Source: Candidatus Nomurabacteria bacterium
Lineage (GTDB): Bacteria > Patescibacteriota > Minisyncoccia > Phycocordibacterales > UBA918
DNA: 64,000 bases
Assembly: GCA_020632155.1 (NCBI GenBank)
Contig: JACKGE010000002.1
Coordinates: forward strand, 91,685-155,684
Direction: 5' to 3'
Shown here: positions 28,580 to 39,895 of the stretch, piece after piece
Numbering within the stretch: the stretch's first letter is position 1
Layout of the letters: each line of letters opens with the position of its first letter
Made by a program: the position numbers and the translations under genes
Notes under the pieces: model-generated
Databases searched by the model: none
What the model saw: only the letters and a program-made list of their open reading frames with translations
What the model was told of the DNA's origin: nothing

Positions 28580-31500
28580 TTAGAATACCGGTATAGCTAA
28601 GTATACAACGTCAGTACTATAGAGACCGGCCGGCTGTTCGTCAGTGATCTCCACCTTATAAATGATATTCGAACTGTCACTAGCTGGGAGTGAGCTATAC
28701 ATGACTTCGCGCGGCGTTGGTTCAAATGCGGCATAGCTGTCGGTAGGTGAAAACCGCGTGCTGGTGCCACTTAACGTGTCATCACCCGCGTGGTAACCAA
28801 AGCACCCGGTGGTTGAAGCGAGACAACCACTATTCCAACCAAGTGGCGCGTAGTTGGTTCCAAGAATAGCCGGAATAGTGCCACCATGACTACTCACGAG
28901 ATCACTGCGGGCATACATGAGTACTTGGTATCCTTCAGTGGCGTTGGTGGTAACACCAAGGGTATGGGCCGCTGTGACTTCTGTATCAAGTGGTAGTGAA
29001 CCAAAATTGACCATGGACGGTGTTGTGGTTGCGTCTGTGGTGACTCCTTCGGTGTTTGTTCCGGACGGTAGACCACTAACAGAAAACGAGAGGCTTGGTC
29101 CTTCAATCTGTAGACTCGGATAGCTGGAGCTAGCAACAAGTGGATCGTCGGTGGTAGCATCGACTAACCTGAAGTAATAGACCGCGCTGGCTCGCGCTGC
29201 CGCTTGTGCTAATGTAAATTCCATTTCGACACTGGTATTTGCGTCGTGGGTAAAGGTACTACTGGTAGTGGCCGCTTCGTTGTGTGTACCACAACCGGTT
29301 CCGCTACCGCCACTACAGCTTTCACTATCTGAAAGGACGTTAGCATCAATAAGTGCGTTATCAACGCCGGCGCCATCTGCATAACACCAGGTGGAAGTCG
29401 CGGTGCATGACGAGGTAGCTACCAAGGTTGTGCCTCCATCACTAAAATTAGCGTACTCAGAATACTGCAAGGCAAACTTGATATTACTACCGGCAGCTCC
29501 TTCTACCTCAGATGCAGTCACGCGCAGCTTGAGGATATCACCATCCGCTATTCCTGTCGGCGCAATATTTTCTCCGGCCAGTGAATTACTTGGTGTAAGA
29601 CTGGTCTCATCATCAAACCACTGCCAGTTACCTGAGACGGGTGTGTAGCCGGTGGTACGGAGTGTTGGGTAATACAAGTATTCGGACAACAAAGTTCCAT
29701 CGCTTTCAACCATTCGGAAACAATAGTCTGAGCGTTGGAGGGCGCCGTTGTGTTCCACTACCCAATCGTATTCAACGTCATCACCAAGAGTAGCGGCATT
29801 TGGGTTTACCAGTGAATTATTTTCCTCTTCATAGGTAGCTGCCACATCAGACACCGACAGCACTGTTGACGGGAGGGTTGTACCATCACTTGGAGTAGCG
29901 TTATAACCGCGCCAGATAGCACCACTACCGGCTGCGCCCACATCTGTCCACGACACAATAGCGCCGCACGACGCACCACTACGAAGTCCGTACTGTAATT
30001 TAAAGGCTTTGCTAGTCTCTGGAAATGCTGCATTCTTTACATTAAGTGACATGCGTAGCCGTACTCGCTCCCCCTCAGCGAGCGGATCATCGGTACCGGT
30101 AAGCTCCGCGTTTTCACCTAAGTCAGTTGCCCCGACCGGCCACGGGTCAGTTGGCGTCAAGGTGTCATTGTCGGCATAGATACGGAAATAATTTTGCGTG
30201 AACGCAAGTTGTGCTACCGGCCACTCGACGACAGAAACCTTGAAGTTTTGTGTTTGTCCCGCATCACTTTCATACAGTTCATACTCAGTGGTACTGGTAA
30301 CGGTAGTACCGAGCATCGCTCTTGGAAACGCCGTACCACTACCCGTACTGTCGTTAGTTATAAAAATAGAGGCATTACTGACACTACCGAGGGTACCGCC
30401 AAACGTAAACAGCGTCGTGCGCGGCTCAATAGCCTCGTTCCCATCAAGGCTCTCGTTGTTGTCATGGTATACCGTCATGGCGCCGGTGTTAAGTTGGGTA
30501 TTCTCAACAAGCCACGCCACTGAGACCTGTTCTGTGGGTTGGTTGGTACCACTGTTGAGTTGGAACGAGATGTTGCCTAAACTACTGAGCCACACTTGAT
30601 GACCATAATCGTCAAGACCGATATAATCGCCACCAATACGCTTTTGGGCATGGATAAACGCCTTATCAAGACCACCGACAGCAGTTATTGGTTCGGTCTC
30701 GGTCACACCAGCAGCACTATAGGTATGTTCGATGCGCTGCACTTTCCAATTGACGCCAGTAAACTCTACGACCGCGTAGCTGACATCAGTGATAGAGCTT
30801 TCACTGGTGGTTGCCCGAGTAAAGACCGGGACGTTTGACGTTGTGTCCCAAGCGGCGGTGTTTTGGTTGGCGGGAAATTCGTTTTGGTTACCATCAGAGC
30901 GCTGGCCAGTAATAAAGACCACGACATCAGCGTCGTCAGCTACTGTACTGACTGCAGTGCCGGTAGCAACAAGTCCGGTGGTGCCGTGACTGACTGTGCC
31001 GGTATCACGCACTACCATTTCATTATCAGAACCGGATAATCCGATGTACTCGACCAGCTCCCAGCTTACTCTGGTGTCGTTGGCTGCTCCGGAAGGACGC
31101 GCAACGGTAAAACTAGAGGTCAGATCGCTTTGATCCGATATGTACGCAGTTACGTTAACCGCTGTTTGTGTACCTTGCGAAGACGCACCGGCACCAGTCA
31201 GCTGGGAGTCAGTGATGCGCACAAATGCTGTTGAGGTACTGGCAGGCGGCGTGTAATCTACTCCGGCTACAAACGTGCGACTGGTTCCCGATATGAATTC
31301 GGTCTTACGCTGCACAAAGAAATCTTGTCGCTCGCGTGTAGTGAGTTCGCCATACTCTGTGTAGGCAGTGAGCGCACTGCCGCTGTCGGTAAGTCTAAAA
31401 CAGTAATCAGTACCGTAGGCCGATTGATCGGTTGCCATAATGGCAAATTCAAGTTCAGTGTACTGCGATGCTGAAAGAGTAAGCGAGCCGGTCTCATCAC

Positions 31501-34500
31501 TTACCTCTCGCTGTCCACCATTAGTGCCGAGAAACGTGCCCCCACCGTCAGTGACCCCACCATTTCCAGGACTGATATCAGTGGTGTCATTACCCTCCGT
31601 AAGCTGTGAGGTGGTGGCCATCGTGAACGCGGTACCACTGGCGATCCGCTGCCAGACCCCCACGGTGCTGCAGGTACCGACTTTGGTACCGTACTCTAGT
31701 CGATATGTGGTCCCGGCACTACTTACGCTGCCGGTATTCTCAACCCGAAATCGAAGACGATAGGGCGCATAGCGCGCCACATTAGGAAGTGGCGTGTTTT
31801 CTGTGCCGCCCGTTGCGGACGTGGCTCCTGTTTCGTCACCATTGTCGTTGCGCCAATGATAGCCCGTCTGAGTTAACACCGCTGCGTTTATTGTTGTACT
31901 ACCAGTTGGATCGACCGCACTACTAGGGCCTACAGAAGATGAGGTGACCACGACATCATTTGACGGGTCAGCAATAGTGACATTGACCGTGTTGCCATTG
32001 GCAGCAGCTGTATCTACATCTGCAACTACGTAGCCACAGAGTGTGTTAGTGCTATTTATGGTTACACTATCAGAAAAAGTGGACGTGCCGTTAGCACTAC
32101 CAAAACTCGACGCCGACCCGAACAGCGACTCAGTACCTGCGTATGATTCACTAGCGCAATCATACGGTGCGGAAGTATCAAGCTCATAATACAGACGGAT
32201 ATTTGACAGTTCGGTACTGGCGTCTGCAGTACCGTCTTCACTGATGGTGATGTCGGTCACGGTGCGATCACTGCCGGCACGAGTCACCACAAAAGTGCCG
32301 CCAAGATACTGGTTGCTGGTCCCGGCATTTATGCTGGCAGTAGCAGTGCCACTAGCAGTGACTGTGATATCAGCAGAAATGGTGCCCTCTGGGTACACTG
32401 AATAGTTACGTAGTGGCGTCCCTGCATCAGTCATCCGAAAACAGTAGGTTGTCCCTTGCGGCGAGCTGGCAGTCGGTTCGATCGCAAATTCGAGTTCCAA
32501 AAAGTTACTAGTACTGAACGTAAGCGCTCCGGCCTGTGAACTCGTATCTAACAGAGCGCCGTTTGGAGTCAAATGTGTACTGTTTTCGTTTGTGGTACCA
32601 CCACTTGCAGGCGCAAGATCACTACTGTCAGTGCTGTCTATCAAGAACAATGAATCTGACATGTCCCAGTCACCGCCGCCAGCACCAACATCCGTCCAGC
32701 CGGTGGCGGCGTCACAAGTAGAAGATTTAGCGGCGTACTCAAGTCGCAGGCTTACTGGCGCTGATGACGTAGAACCTTCTGCGGATATTTGGGTGCGGAG
32801 GCGACGAATGGTGCCGTTGGCAAAGCCGAGAGCTGGTGTATCTTCCGCCCCTTCAACTGATGTGGCGCTACCTTCAAGGCCATCATCATTAAGCCACTGG
32901 TAATGTACTTGGGTTAGCTCGGCATTTTGCAGCGTGACGCTCCCGGTTGGCGCAATACTAACAGCTGGCCCAATACTGCCACCACCGGTATAGGTTATAT
33001 CTGTGGTGGGGTCATCAATTGACACTTGTACGGTTTGTCCGTCACTAGCGCTACTGGTCACGTCATACACCACGTACGCACAAAGTGTTTGGGTGGTTGA
33101 AATGCCTACTGCTTCGGAAAAACTAGAAATACCATCAGCTCCAGAGAAACCGTTCGTGTCGGTGCTACCATACTGGCTTTCTGTAGAGGTACCAGAAAAC
33201 GATTCACTAGCGCAGTCATACGGAAATGAGGTATCAAGATCATAATAGACCGCAATATTGTTTACGCCGGTAGTACCATCCACTGTACCGGATTCGGTAA
33301 AGGTCAAACTAGTGATGTTACGTGCCGTTGAATTGGTTTTAATGGCAAATGAGCCACCAAGTTCATGGCTCGTCTGTGGTATATCAACCGTTGCTGTCTG
33401 TGTACCAGTGGCACTTACTTCCACATCATCAAGAAACAGTTTTGAGAGCTCAATACCTTGCAGTGCAATATTACCAGCCTCAAGCTCTGCATCAGCAGCA
33501 TCCTCTTCATCAAACATCGTTATTTCCAGATACTGGCTACTCGTGAGGCCCGGCAAAATAAGCCCTCCTGCTGAACCAGCGGCAAATGAGTCTTGACTAC
33601 CTTGGTTACCACGCAAGAAGCTACCGTGTCCACCGTATGGAACGGTAGTAGCGCCATCAAGTCGCCACTCAATACGATACGGGTCGCGGTCGCCAGAGGC
33701 AACATTTGATCGAGTAGCGTAGATGTTTGAAAAGAACAGGTAATCTCCATCAAGATCAATCTGCACTTGTGATGGGTTAGTACCGTTGGAGTGAGAAAAC
33801 GCAGCACCATCAACTTCAATTTCGCTATCAAAATCAAGCGGTGCCGCCGTACTCGGTACTGACTGTGAACTCGCTGAGGAAAGTGAAATATAATTGGCAG
33901 TATCAGGTAGGGCAACAATGGACACAGCCGTCTCCCCGCCAAAAATAACTGTGGTTGGCGGCGTACCGTCATCAGTGTTCTCTTGGCGGACTTCAACATT
34001 GAGGATCTCGTTGGTTGAGGTAGCCTTTTGAATGATGCCGGCGTACGCAAGTGTGCCGTAGTAGGTACCGCCACCACCACGGACATATGTAGTTACACGC
34101 GTGCCGGGGATCGCAACCCCGCCCAACGTAAGGACTGACTCGTAATTTTGTCGCTCCCCCGAGTTAGCGGTTTGGTGAATGCGGATGTTATATGTAACCA
34201 GAAAATGGTCTCCGGTATTTCCCTTAAGAGTCATATCGGCCCCCGAAGAATACCCGAACGTGTCAGTGTCCACTTCATCAATAGTATCCCACGTCACATC
34301 GGTAAACGAAGTGGTACCGGCAATATCACTGCTATCCGTGCCTTTACGAAGACGTAGATAATCGAGGTCATCTTTAAGTTTAAGGATTGAGACGCCGTTC
34401 ACACCGGCGCGTAACTGCGTCTGATTATCTGAACTGGTGTCGTCACGAGCGACATGAACGGTAAGTGTGTCATCAGCAGTAGCATCAATAATGGCGGTGC

Positions 34501-34954
34501 CGTTAGAGTAGGCGTAGTTGTCGTCACCGGCACTATCACGAATATAACCGGCACCACGGCCGTATGCACTTTCGCCACTGTCAGTCGACAAAAACGTTTC
34601 AAATGTGCGACGGTTTTCGCCGCCAGTACCGGTTTCTTCGGTCCACGCGTTGTACATGACCAGATATTTACCACCTTCTGTAAGAGCCATCGTTGTACTA
34701 CCGGTGTTTAACGTAATATTACTGTTCTCAGAAACAACCGTATCCCAAAGGACATCAACTGTACTGCCGCCGTTTGGTACTGCGGTGGTATCACTTTGGT
34801 TGCGAAAGACAGAAAAATCACCGGCAGCAGCCAGTGCCCGAGCGACAAGTGAGAAGTCAAAAGCAATATTGATATGAAGGCCAGTTGCAAACACAACCGC
34901 TACCAAAAAGCCTGCTATTCCCTTTTTTGCTATACGCCAAAAACGTCCGTTCAT
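28580..34954 (-). CDS. giant secreted repeat protein (2124 aa)
   Basis: N-terminal signal/TM. A ~170-aa module recurs at least four times: it begins [HQ]Y[HQR]W[RL]NDDG-like and ends YCFR[LM]TD / YYFRLVDA. The C-terminus ends AGLYSTDVVYLAIPVF, with no LPXTG and no C-terminal TM. Confidence 0.8.
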   Translation of the reverse strand: MNGRFWRIAKKGIAGFLVAVVFATGLHINIAFDFSLVARALAAAGDFSVFRNQSDTTAVPNGGSTVDVLWDTVVSENSNITLNTGSTTMALTEGGKYLVMYNAWTEETGTGGENRRTFETFLSTDSGESAYGRGAGYIRDSAGDDNYAYSNGTAIIDATADDTLTVHVARDDTSSDNQTQLRAGVNGVSILKLKDDLDYLRLRKGTDSSDIAGTTSFTDVTWDTIDEVDTDTFGYSSGADMTLKGNTGDHFLVTYNIRIHQTANSGERQNYESVLTLGGVAIPGTRVTTYVRGGGGTYYGTLAYAGIIQKATSTNEILNVEVRQENTDDGTPPTTVIFGGETAVSIVALPDTANYISLSSASSQSVPSTAAPLDFDSEIEVDGAAFSHSNGTNPSQVQIDLDGDYLFFSNIYATRSNVASGDRDPYRIEWRLDGATTVPYGGHGSFLRGNQGSQDSFAAGSAGGLILPGLTSSQYLEITMFDEEDAADAELEAGNIALQGIELSKLFLDDVEVSATGTQTATVDIPQTSHELGGSFAIKTNSTARNITSLTFTESGTVDGTTGVNNIAVYYDLDTSFPYDCASESFSGTSTESQYGSTDTNGFSGADGISSFSEAVGISTTQTLCAYVVYDVTSSASDGQTVQVSIDDPTTDITYTGGGSIGPAVSIAPTGSVTLQNAELTQVHYQWLNDDGLEGSATSVEGAEDTPALGFANGTIRRLRTQISAEGSTSSAPVSLRLEYAAKSSTCDAATGWTDVGAGGGDWDMSDSLFLIDSTDSSDLAPASGGTTNENSTHLTPNGALLDTSSQAGALTFSTSNFLELEFAIEPTASSPQGTTYCFRMTDAGTPLRNYSVYPEGTISADITVTASGTATASINAGTSNQYLGGTFVVTRAGSDRTVTDITISEDGTADASTELSNIRLYYELDTSAPYDCASESYAGTESLFGSASSFGSANGTSTFSDSVTINSTNTLCGYVVADVDTAAANGNTVNVTIADPSNDVVVTSSSVGPSSAVDPTGSTTINAAVLTQTGYHWRNDNGDETGATSATGGTENTPLPNVARYAPYRLRFRVENTGSVSSAGTTYRLEYGTKVGTCSTVGVWQRIASGTAFTMATTSQLTEGNDTTDISPGNGGVTDGGGTFLGTNGGQREVSDETGSLTLSASQYTELEFAIMATDQSAYGTDYCFRLTDSGSALTAYTEYGELTTRERQDFFVQRKTEFISGTSRTFVAGVDYTPPASTSTAFVRITDSQLTGAGASSQGTQTAVNVTAYISDQSDLTSSFTVARPSGAANDTRVSWELVEYIGLSGSDNEMVVRDTGTVSHGTTGLVATGTAVSTVADDADVVVFITGQRSDGNQNEFPANQNTAAWDTTSNVPVFTRATTSESSITDVSYAVVEFTGVNWKVQRIEHTYSAAGVTETEPITAVGGLDKAFIHAQKRIGGDYIGLDDYGHQVWLSSLGNISFQLNSGTNQPTEQVSVAWLVENTQLNTGAMTVYHDNNESLDGNEAIEPRTTLFTFGGTLGSVSNASIFITNDSTGSGTAFPRAMLGTTVTSTTEYELYESDAGQTQNFKVSVVEWPVAQLAFTQNYFRIYADNDTLTPTDPWPVGATDLGENAELTGTDDPLAEGERVRLRMSLNVKNAAFPETSKAFKLQYGLRSGASCGAIVSWTDVGAAGSGAIWRGYNATPSDGTTLPSTVLSVSDVAATYEEENNSLVNPNAATLGDDVEYDWVVEHNGALQRSDYCFRMVESDGTLLSEYLYYPTLRTTGYTPVSGNWQWFDDETSLTPSNSLAGENIAPTGIADGDILKLRVTASEVEGAAGSNIKFALQYSEYANFSDGGTTLVATSSCTATSTWCYADGAGVDNALIDANVLSDSESCSGGSGTGCGTHNEAATTSSTFTHDANTSVEMEFTLAQAAARASAVYYFRLVDATTDDPLVASSSYPSLQIEGPSLSFSVSGLPSGTNTEGVTTDATTTPSMVNFGSLPLDTEVTAAHTLGVTTNATEGYQVLMYARSDLVSSHGGTIPAILGTNYAPLGWNSGCLASTTGCFGYHAGDDTLSGTSTRFSPTDSYAAFEPTPREVMYSSLPASDSSNIIYKVEITDEQPAGLYSTDVVYLAIPVF

Positions 34955-35024
34955 ATCGGTGAACTTATTTCTATTCTACTACAGTGCCTGACAAAATCTG
35001 TTGCCAACACTGCATTATTTAGTG

Positions 35025-36617
35025 CTACTCGGTTGTGCTAGTTCCGGTGCTGGTTGCAGGCTCTGTGGTGCTCGCAAGCGGCTCAATGACAATGTCAAAT
35101 GGCGTAAGCTCAAAGGTAGAGGAAGCTTGATCAGAAGTGATTGTTGTAGTGGTGGCGTTGTCTGGAATCAGTGGCAGATGGCCACCAGTTGAACTGGCAC
35201 TAAGGACACTACTGGTACCGGTTACTTCTTGCATTTCTTCCTCTATGGTTTTGGTTGTTATTAACACCTTTACCTCATCCGTAGTTTGCGGCAGTGGTGC
35301 AGCCGGTTCAGGGTCACTGCCGGGAGTGGATGCAACTGGGCGAGACTCTCCGGTACGCGGATCAAAACTGCTGGTGACCACATCACCATTTTCGTACTCA
35401 GTATCGTACACGAGCATGTACCGAGCATTCTTTATTTCTCCACCAGACGGAGTATCGATGGAACGCACAGTCTGTCGTTCATGATCGTACACATAACTTT
35501 GCAATGATCCAAGGTTGGTCATTGTTTGCCAGAGAACAAAACCATTTGATACTGACGGGCTAAGATCCTGAGCCTCGTTGTTAGTGAGTGCGGTTGTGCT
35601 TGAGCCATCAAACAGTACGATCTCCCAGTCATGACCATCCCACTCTTGCCAAGCAACCAGACCGTCGTCAACGCTTGGTTCCATGCTGTTTTGTGATGGA
35701 AGCGAAAGAACAGTCTCTTTTTTATCGTTTAGGTCATACGAAACAATTTGGTACCGGCCGTTTACCAGTCGCTGCCACACCGCTGCGCTGCCACTGGGGT
35801 CAACCACCGGCTTGGTGTCATCATACGCGTTGTCGGTAAGTTGCATGACCTTGCCGTTTTTGATGAAAAATATCTCATAATCACCATCTTGAGCATCAAT
35901 GTCGGCGTAAATGTCATTTTCTGTACTGCCGAAAGCCGCTTTGGAGGCAGCATTACAATAGTACGAGCCGTCGTTCATAGAAACACACTCATTTTCTGCA
36001 AACACGATCTTGTTTTTGAGCGCTTGTTCTAGATCTGCATCAGTGAGCACAAGCGTCGTATCGTCAACTTCGTCGTCATTAGCTGTCACATCGTTTTCAT
36101 CCTCAGTCAGAGTCTCATCATCGTTGTTTGAAGTGGTCTGTTGGTCACGTACTTCAGCTGTCTGCGCGTCGCTATCAATCTCAGAATCGTCTATAGCATC
36201 ATCGCCAATTTCTGTGCTATCTGTTTGAACACTTTCATCAAGCTCGTCATTCTCTTCCTGAAGAGTTCTGTCAATCTCTTCACCCAAATCTTGGTCTGGA
36301 GTATCTTCAGTTACGGTTTCCGATATTTGTGCTACGTCAGTAGCGACTCCAGATTCTTCTGGAGACTGGTCAATTTCTTCCGTCTGTTGTTCCGGTTCAG
36401 AGTTTGCTGGTGTAATCTTTTCAGCTTGAGTCTCGGTTACAACTTCTGCTTCTGCAGTATCAGTTTCAGAAGCTAGTACGTACGAACACGGCTGTAGTAG
36501 TGTAAAAGCCAACAGCAAGAAACCTACGCTTTTTGCAGTACGGCTTTTAAATACGAAGGTATAGAGCCAAGGTAAATCCCTTAGCAATACATGTTTTTGG
36601 CTATTTTGTGGTGACAT
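35025..36617 (-). CDS. secreted acidic protein with D/E-rich low-complexity region and probable beta-propeller repeats
   Basis: N-terminal TM, then a ~150-aa D/E/T-rich tract, then W-containing repeats (LVAWQEWDGHDWEIVLFDG, GFVLWQTMTNLG) reminiscent of TolB/PD40-type blades. There is a T/S-rich C-terminus. Confidence 0.55.
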   Translation of the reverse strand: MSPQNSQKHVLLRDLPWLYTFVFKSRTAKSVGFLLLAFTLLQPCSYVLASETDTAEAEVVTETQAEKITPANSEPEQQTEEIDQSPEESGVATDVAQISETVTEDTPDQDLGEEIDRTLQEENDELDESVQTDSTEIGDDAIDDSEIDSDAQTAEVRDQQTTSNNDDETLTEDENDVTANDDEVDDTTLVLTDADLEQALKNKIVFAENECVSMNDGSYYCNAASKAAFGSTENDIYADIDAQDGDYEIFFIKNGKVMQLTDNAYDDTKPVVDPSGSAAVWQRLVNGRYQIVSYDLNDKKETVLSLPSQNSMEPSVDDGLVAWQEWDGHDWEIVLFDGSSTTALTNNEAQDLSPSVSNGFVLWQTMTNLGSLQSYVYDHERQTVRSIDTPSGGEIKNARYMLVYDTEYENGDVVTSSFDPRTGESRPVASTPGSDPEPAAPLPQTTDEVKVLITTKTIEEEMQEVTGTSSVLSASSTGGHLPLIPDNATTTTITSDQASSTFELTPFDIVIEPLASTTEPATSTGTSTTE

Positions 36618-36724
36618 GTAACGTTGTACATAGGGAGAGGTGATCCCAAAAGTACTCCCATCACACCATAATTATAGCTTGTACCCTAGCTTATACAGGG
36701 TGTTATCAACAGTATTTTCCACAG

Positions 36725-37468
36725 TTATCGTCGCCACGAGTCAGCTAATATTATAGAAAAGTCAGTAAAGTTCATGCGTTTGTCCTCATTAAAATCGTAA
36801 ATGATCTTTTTGTCGGTCCAAGCAGCCATAAACTGTAAAATGTCTGTCAACGTGACCTTCCCATCGCCATTGATGTCGGTATACACGCGTATTTCCGCCG
36901 TGGCAGTAAGGACTCCGTCTTCACCTTGAGCAACGATAACAACGCTTTTCTCCCCTACTTTAGTAGCAGCGACTTCAGTCCCTGAGCCATCTCCCGCCAA
37001 AAAAGCCACGTCACTGGCGGCAAACTGCGCAATACCGGTGGCCTTGGCCACAGCATTTATGGTGACGATCCTGTGTTCTCCCAAAAAACCGCGTCGGAAC
37101 GTGCCTCCGCTTAGATGGACGACGCCATTCTCAGCGTATGGTTCAGTGGTCCAAATAGTGATGACTGATTCTCCGGTATCAATACCGGTAATGGCCACTT
37201 TGTCTTCTGGGTACTCGAGGTCGATATTAATTGCATTGACCGGAACATGTGCACCAACAAATACATCTACACTAAATGGTTTACCGGCCTCAATAGTGGC
37301 ACTTGAAAACTCCAGGCGCATGTAAGACGCGTCACTCGGCAAAATAACTGCTGCTCCTATGAGCGAGAAAGCGGTGACAATAAGCGGAAACGCGTACCGC
37401 ACCGTTCGACTACGGTTAGTGCGGCAGGAAAAGCAAAATCGATAAATGATCCGTTGGAGCCATTTCAT
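36725..37468 (-). CDS. membrane-anchored protein with cohesin-like domain and C-terminal type-I dockerin
   Basis: The dockerin duplicated Ca-binding segments are YTDINGDGKVTLTDILQFMAAW and DFNEDKRMNFTDFSIILADSW. The upstream beta-sandwich region has a cohesin-like pattern (SVDVFVGAHVPVNAINIDLEYPEDKVAITGIDTGESVITIW). Confidence 0.65.
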   Translation of the reverse strand: MKWLQRIIYRFCFSCRTNRSRTVRYAFPLIVTAFSLIGAAVILPSDASYMRLEFSSATIEAGKPFSVDVFVGAHVPVNAINIDLEYPEDKVAITGIDTGESVITIWTTEPYAENGVVHLSGGTFRRGFLGEHRIVTINAVAKATGIAQFAASDVAFLAGDGSGTEVAATKVGEKSVVIVAQGEDGVLTATAEIRVYTDINGDGKVTLTDILQFMAAWTDKKIIYDFNEDKRMNFTDFSIILADSWRR

Positions 37469-38127
37469 GAATTAAACAGCTTGGCGCTGATAGACTCTAT
37501 TTGTCTAGTGAGCACTGCTGCTGATTGACTAATTTCTTGTGCCTGAGACATGAGTGCGCGCACCGACTCGTCTGTAGGCTGTGCACCTGACAGCAATAGC
37601 TCAATGACACCTCGCTGTAATGGGACTTGGGCCTGCAACAATGCTACCTTTTGTTTTTCAAGCGATAGTAGAAGATCCCAGTCCTCCAGTGTTGTAGGAG
37701 CTGGATCAAGTGTCACAAACGACTCATGCAGTGTCACTAACGTGCGGTACGTTTCGTATGTCATAACTGTTGACTCATACATGGCAGCCTTGCGATCAGC
37801 AAAGTATGAGGCGCAAGCATCAAACAACAGGTTAAGAGTGACAAGCTCACCATGATCCAGTGAGGCAAGAGTATCAAGAGAATGATCAAATGTGTTTCGG
37901 CTTGCACTTGAGCAATCTTTCACATAACTATCAATTGACTCAGTGGCTTGGTTTTTTACCAAGAGCCTTGTCTTTTCTTGTAATTCAGCTGCCGTTACAT
38001 CGATCTTTAGTTGTAGTTCGTGTGCAGATGTTTCTTGTGAATGTTTGATGATATAACCTGCAATAAGCACAACGAGGGCTACAAATGCGAGTGCGACGGT
38101 AAGGTACTTTCTTCGGGCTGTGTGCAT
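37465..38127 (-). CDS. hypothetical bitopic protein with coiled-coil region
   Basis: 220 aa with an N-terminal TM and no motif. Its stop overlaps the downstream gene's start. Confidence 0.45.
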   Translation of the reverse strand: MHTARRKYLTVALAFVALVVLIAGYIIKHSQETSAHELQLKIDVTAAELQEKTRLLVKNQATESIDSYVKDCSSASRNTFDHSLDTLASLDHGELVTLNLLFDACASYFADRKAAMYESTVMTYETYRTLVTLHESFVTLDPAPTTLEDWDLLLSLEKQKVALLQAQVPLQRGVIELLLSGAQPTDESVRALMSQAQEISQSAAVLTRQIESISAKLFNS

Positions 38128-38137
38128 AGGCTATCTA

Positions 38138-39895
38138 TTATTCAACAATATCGTCTACTTCTTCTAATTCAGTCTTGATGCGATCGTGGGCGCTCGTGAG
38201 CGACTTGCTCAGAGAAACGATAAGGTGCTCTTCCGCTTTTGTGAGTTTTTTGGTTTTGCGCGACTTTTCTAGCGCTTGCTTTTCAGCATCCATGAGCTTA
38301 TGGAGAGTGACAAACTCACGTTCAAGAATATCCAACGCTTCTTTGGATTCACGAACCACTGTAGTACGAATAGTTCGAACCCGTGCCAAGAAATAAATGA
38401 CTGCCAAAAAGAGCAAGAGTACTATGGCTAGCAGTGGTACCAATACTGACAAAATACTTACGACCAAATTTCCAATGCGAAGATATCCTGGTTGTTGGAC
38501 AGCAATGCGAACTGTTTCAGACGTCTCGCTTTGCGCGCCATATGCATCGACAGCACGAGCCTTGATCTCATAGACACCTTGCGAGAGTGTGCCCTCAGGG
38601 ATAAACGTAAAGACACCCGCATCATCAGCGACAACCTCATATTCAGCCGGCTGCGCACCTACCTTTGTGAGTGTTATATACACAGTAGCCCCGCTTCGTG
38701 TAATACCTTTAATGACTGGTATGACCTCTTCGTTTATTTGACTTGGGTAGTCAGTGAACTGCGGTTTGTCAAATGACTCAACTGAAAACGAACGCGTGGC
38801 AACCAAACTATTACCGGCTGCATCAAACGCCTCAATAACAAGTGTATGATGACCAGGAGCCAGACTAGTCAGTGTAAGGGTACTAGTACTACTTGCTGGA
38901 ACAAACTCATATGGCTCAGCCCCATCGAGCTGCACCATGAAACGAATAACACCGGACCCCTCGTCCTCGGTAATTAGATTGAACTCGGGTTCTGGGTTAG
39001 CTCGGTCGGCGCCCTCAATCTCTGCAATATCAAATCGACTCGGTGCTACCGTATCCACCGCTAAGCGATAGTGAGTGACTCTACCCCATCCCTCATCATT
39101 CTTAAATTGAATATGAAAATACTGTACTCCTTCATCCAGATCGTTTAGTTCAATAGAGCTAGGGGGTGTGTCATATACCTTTGTAGGGATAGAGCCGCTT
39201 TTGTCATCGAGTAAAGTACGAATTGCTGTCACCCCTGCCGGCAACGTCCACGATAGCTGCGCTGTTTGCTTTGCATACCAACCAGCCGGGTCTGGATGAG
39301 TATTTGAGGACACCTGCGGCGCTGCCGGTGTGTTTGGTGGCGCTATGTATTCAATGACTTCTGGTTCTGCGGCCACTTCAGCAGCAGCGATCGTGTACGA
39401 ACCACTATTCATGGCAGTAAGCACGTTGGTACCACGTCCGTCAGCCGCCAAGACCGAACCATTACTGAAGGTGACTTTGGCCGTTCCTGCAGCCTTAGCT
39501 CTAAAGGTTACTGAAAGCACTGTGCCGGCAGAGCCGGTGTACCCAGTCGGTGAACCACCACCAAAACTGATCGTACCAGCGCTATTTGAAAAAGTTGGTT
39601 CAACCGCCCAGAGACTGAATATTGAGCCTTTACTTAGTGAAACCACCGAAAGTGTGCTTGGATCGAACTTTAGCGTGCCTTCTGCAGCGTTAATAGCTTG
39701 TCCTGAAGTATTAACCACTATCCGCGTAGTGAATGTGCCACCGGCTGTATAGACACCAGTACTTGGGCTGGCTGAAAGTGTGGCCGCCAGTACCGTAGTG
39801 AAACTCACCAAGAAAAATACACTGCCGAAAAATACAGCGAGGACAGTCTTATAGAACTTCAGTGTTAGGTTTTGTGCTGTCATACAATCATTCAT
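38138..39895 (-). CDS. membrane-anchored cohesin-like surface protein with cytoplasmic coiled-coil tail
   Basis: Signal/TM, then a cohesin-like domain (ATLSASPSTGVYTAGGTFTTRIVVNTSGQAINAAEGTLKFDPSTLSVVSLSKGSIFSLWAVEP...), then Ig/FN3-like domains. A TM follows (ILSVLVPLLAIVLLLFLAVIYFLA), then a charged coiled-coil C-terminus. Confidence 0.6.
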   Translation of the reverse strand: MNDCMTAQNLTLKFYKTVLAVFFGSVFFLVSFTTVLAATLSASPSTGVYTAGGTFTTRIVVNTSGQAINAAEGTLKFDPSTLSVVSLSKGSIFSLWAVEPTFSNSAGTISFGGGSPTGYTGSAGTVLSVTFRAKAAGTAKVTFSNGSVLAADGRGTNVLTAMNSGSYTIAAAEVAAEPEVIEYIAPPNTPAAPQVSSNTHPDPAGWYAKQTAQLSWTLPAGVTAIRTLLDDKSGSIPTKVYDTPPSSIELNDLDEGVQYFHIQFKNDEGWGRVTHYRLAVDTVAPSRFDIAEIEGADRANPEPEFNLITEDEGSGVIRFMVQLDGAEPYEFVPASSTSTLTLTSLAPGHHTLVIEAFDAAGNSLVATRSFSVESFDKPQFTDYPSQINEEVIPVIKGITRSGATVYITLTKVGAQPAEYEVVADDAGVFTFIPEGTLSQGVYEIKARAVDAYGAQSETSETVRIAVQQPGYLRIGNLVVSILSVLVPLLAIVLLLFLAVIYFLARVRTIRTTVVRESKEALDILEREFVTLHKLMDAEKQALEKSRKTKKLTKAEEHLIVSLSKSLTSAHDRIKTELEEVDDIVE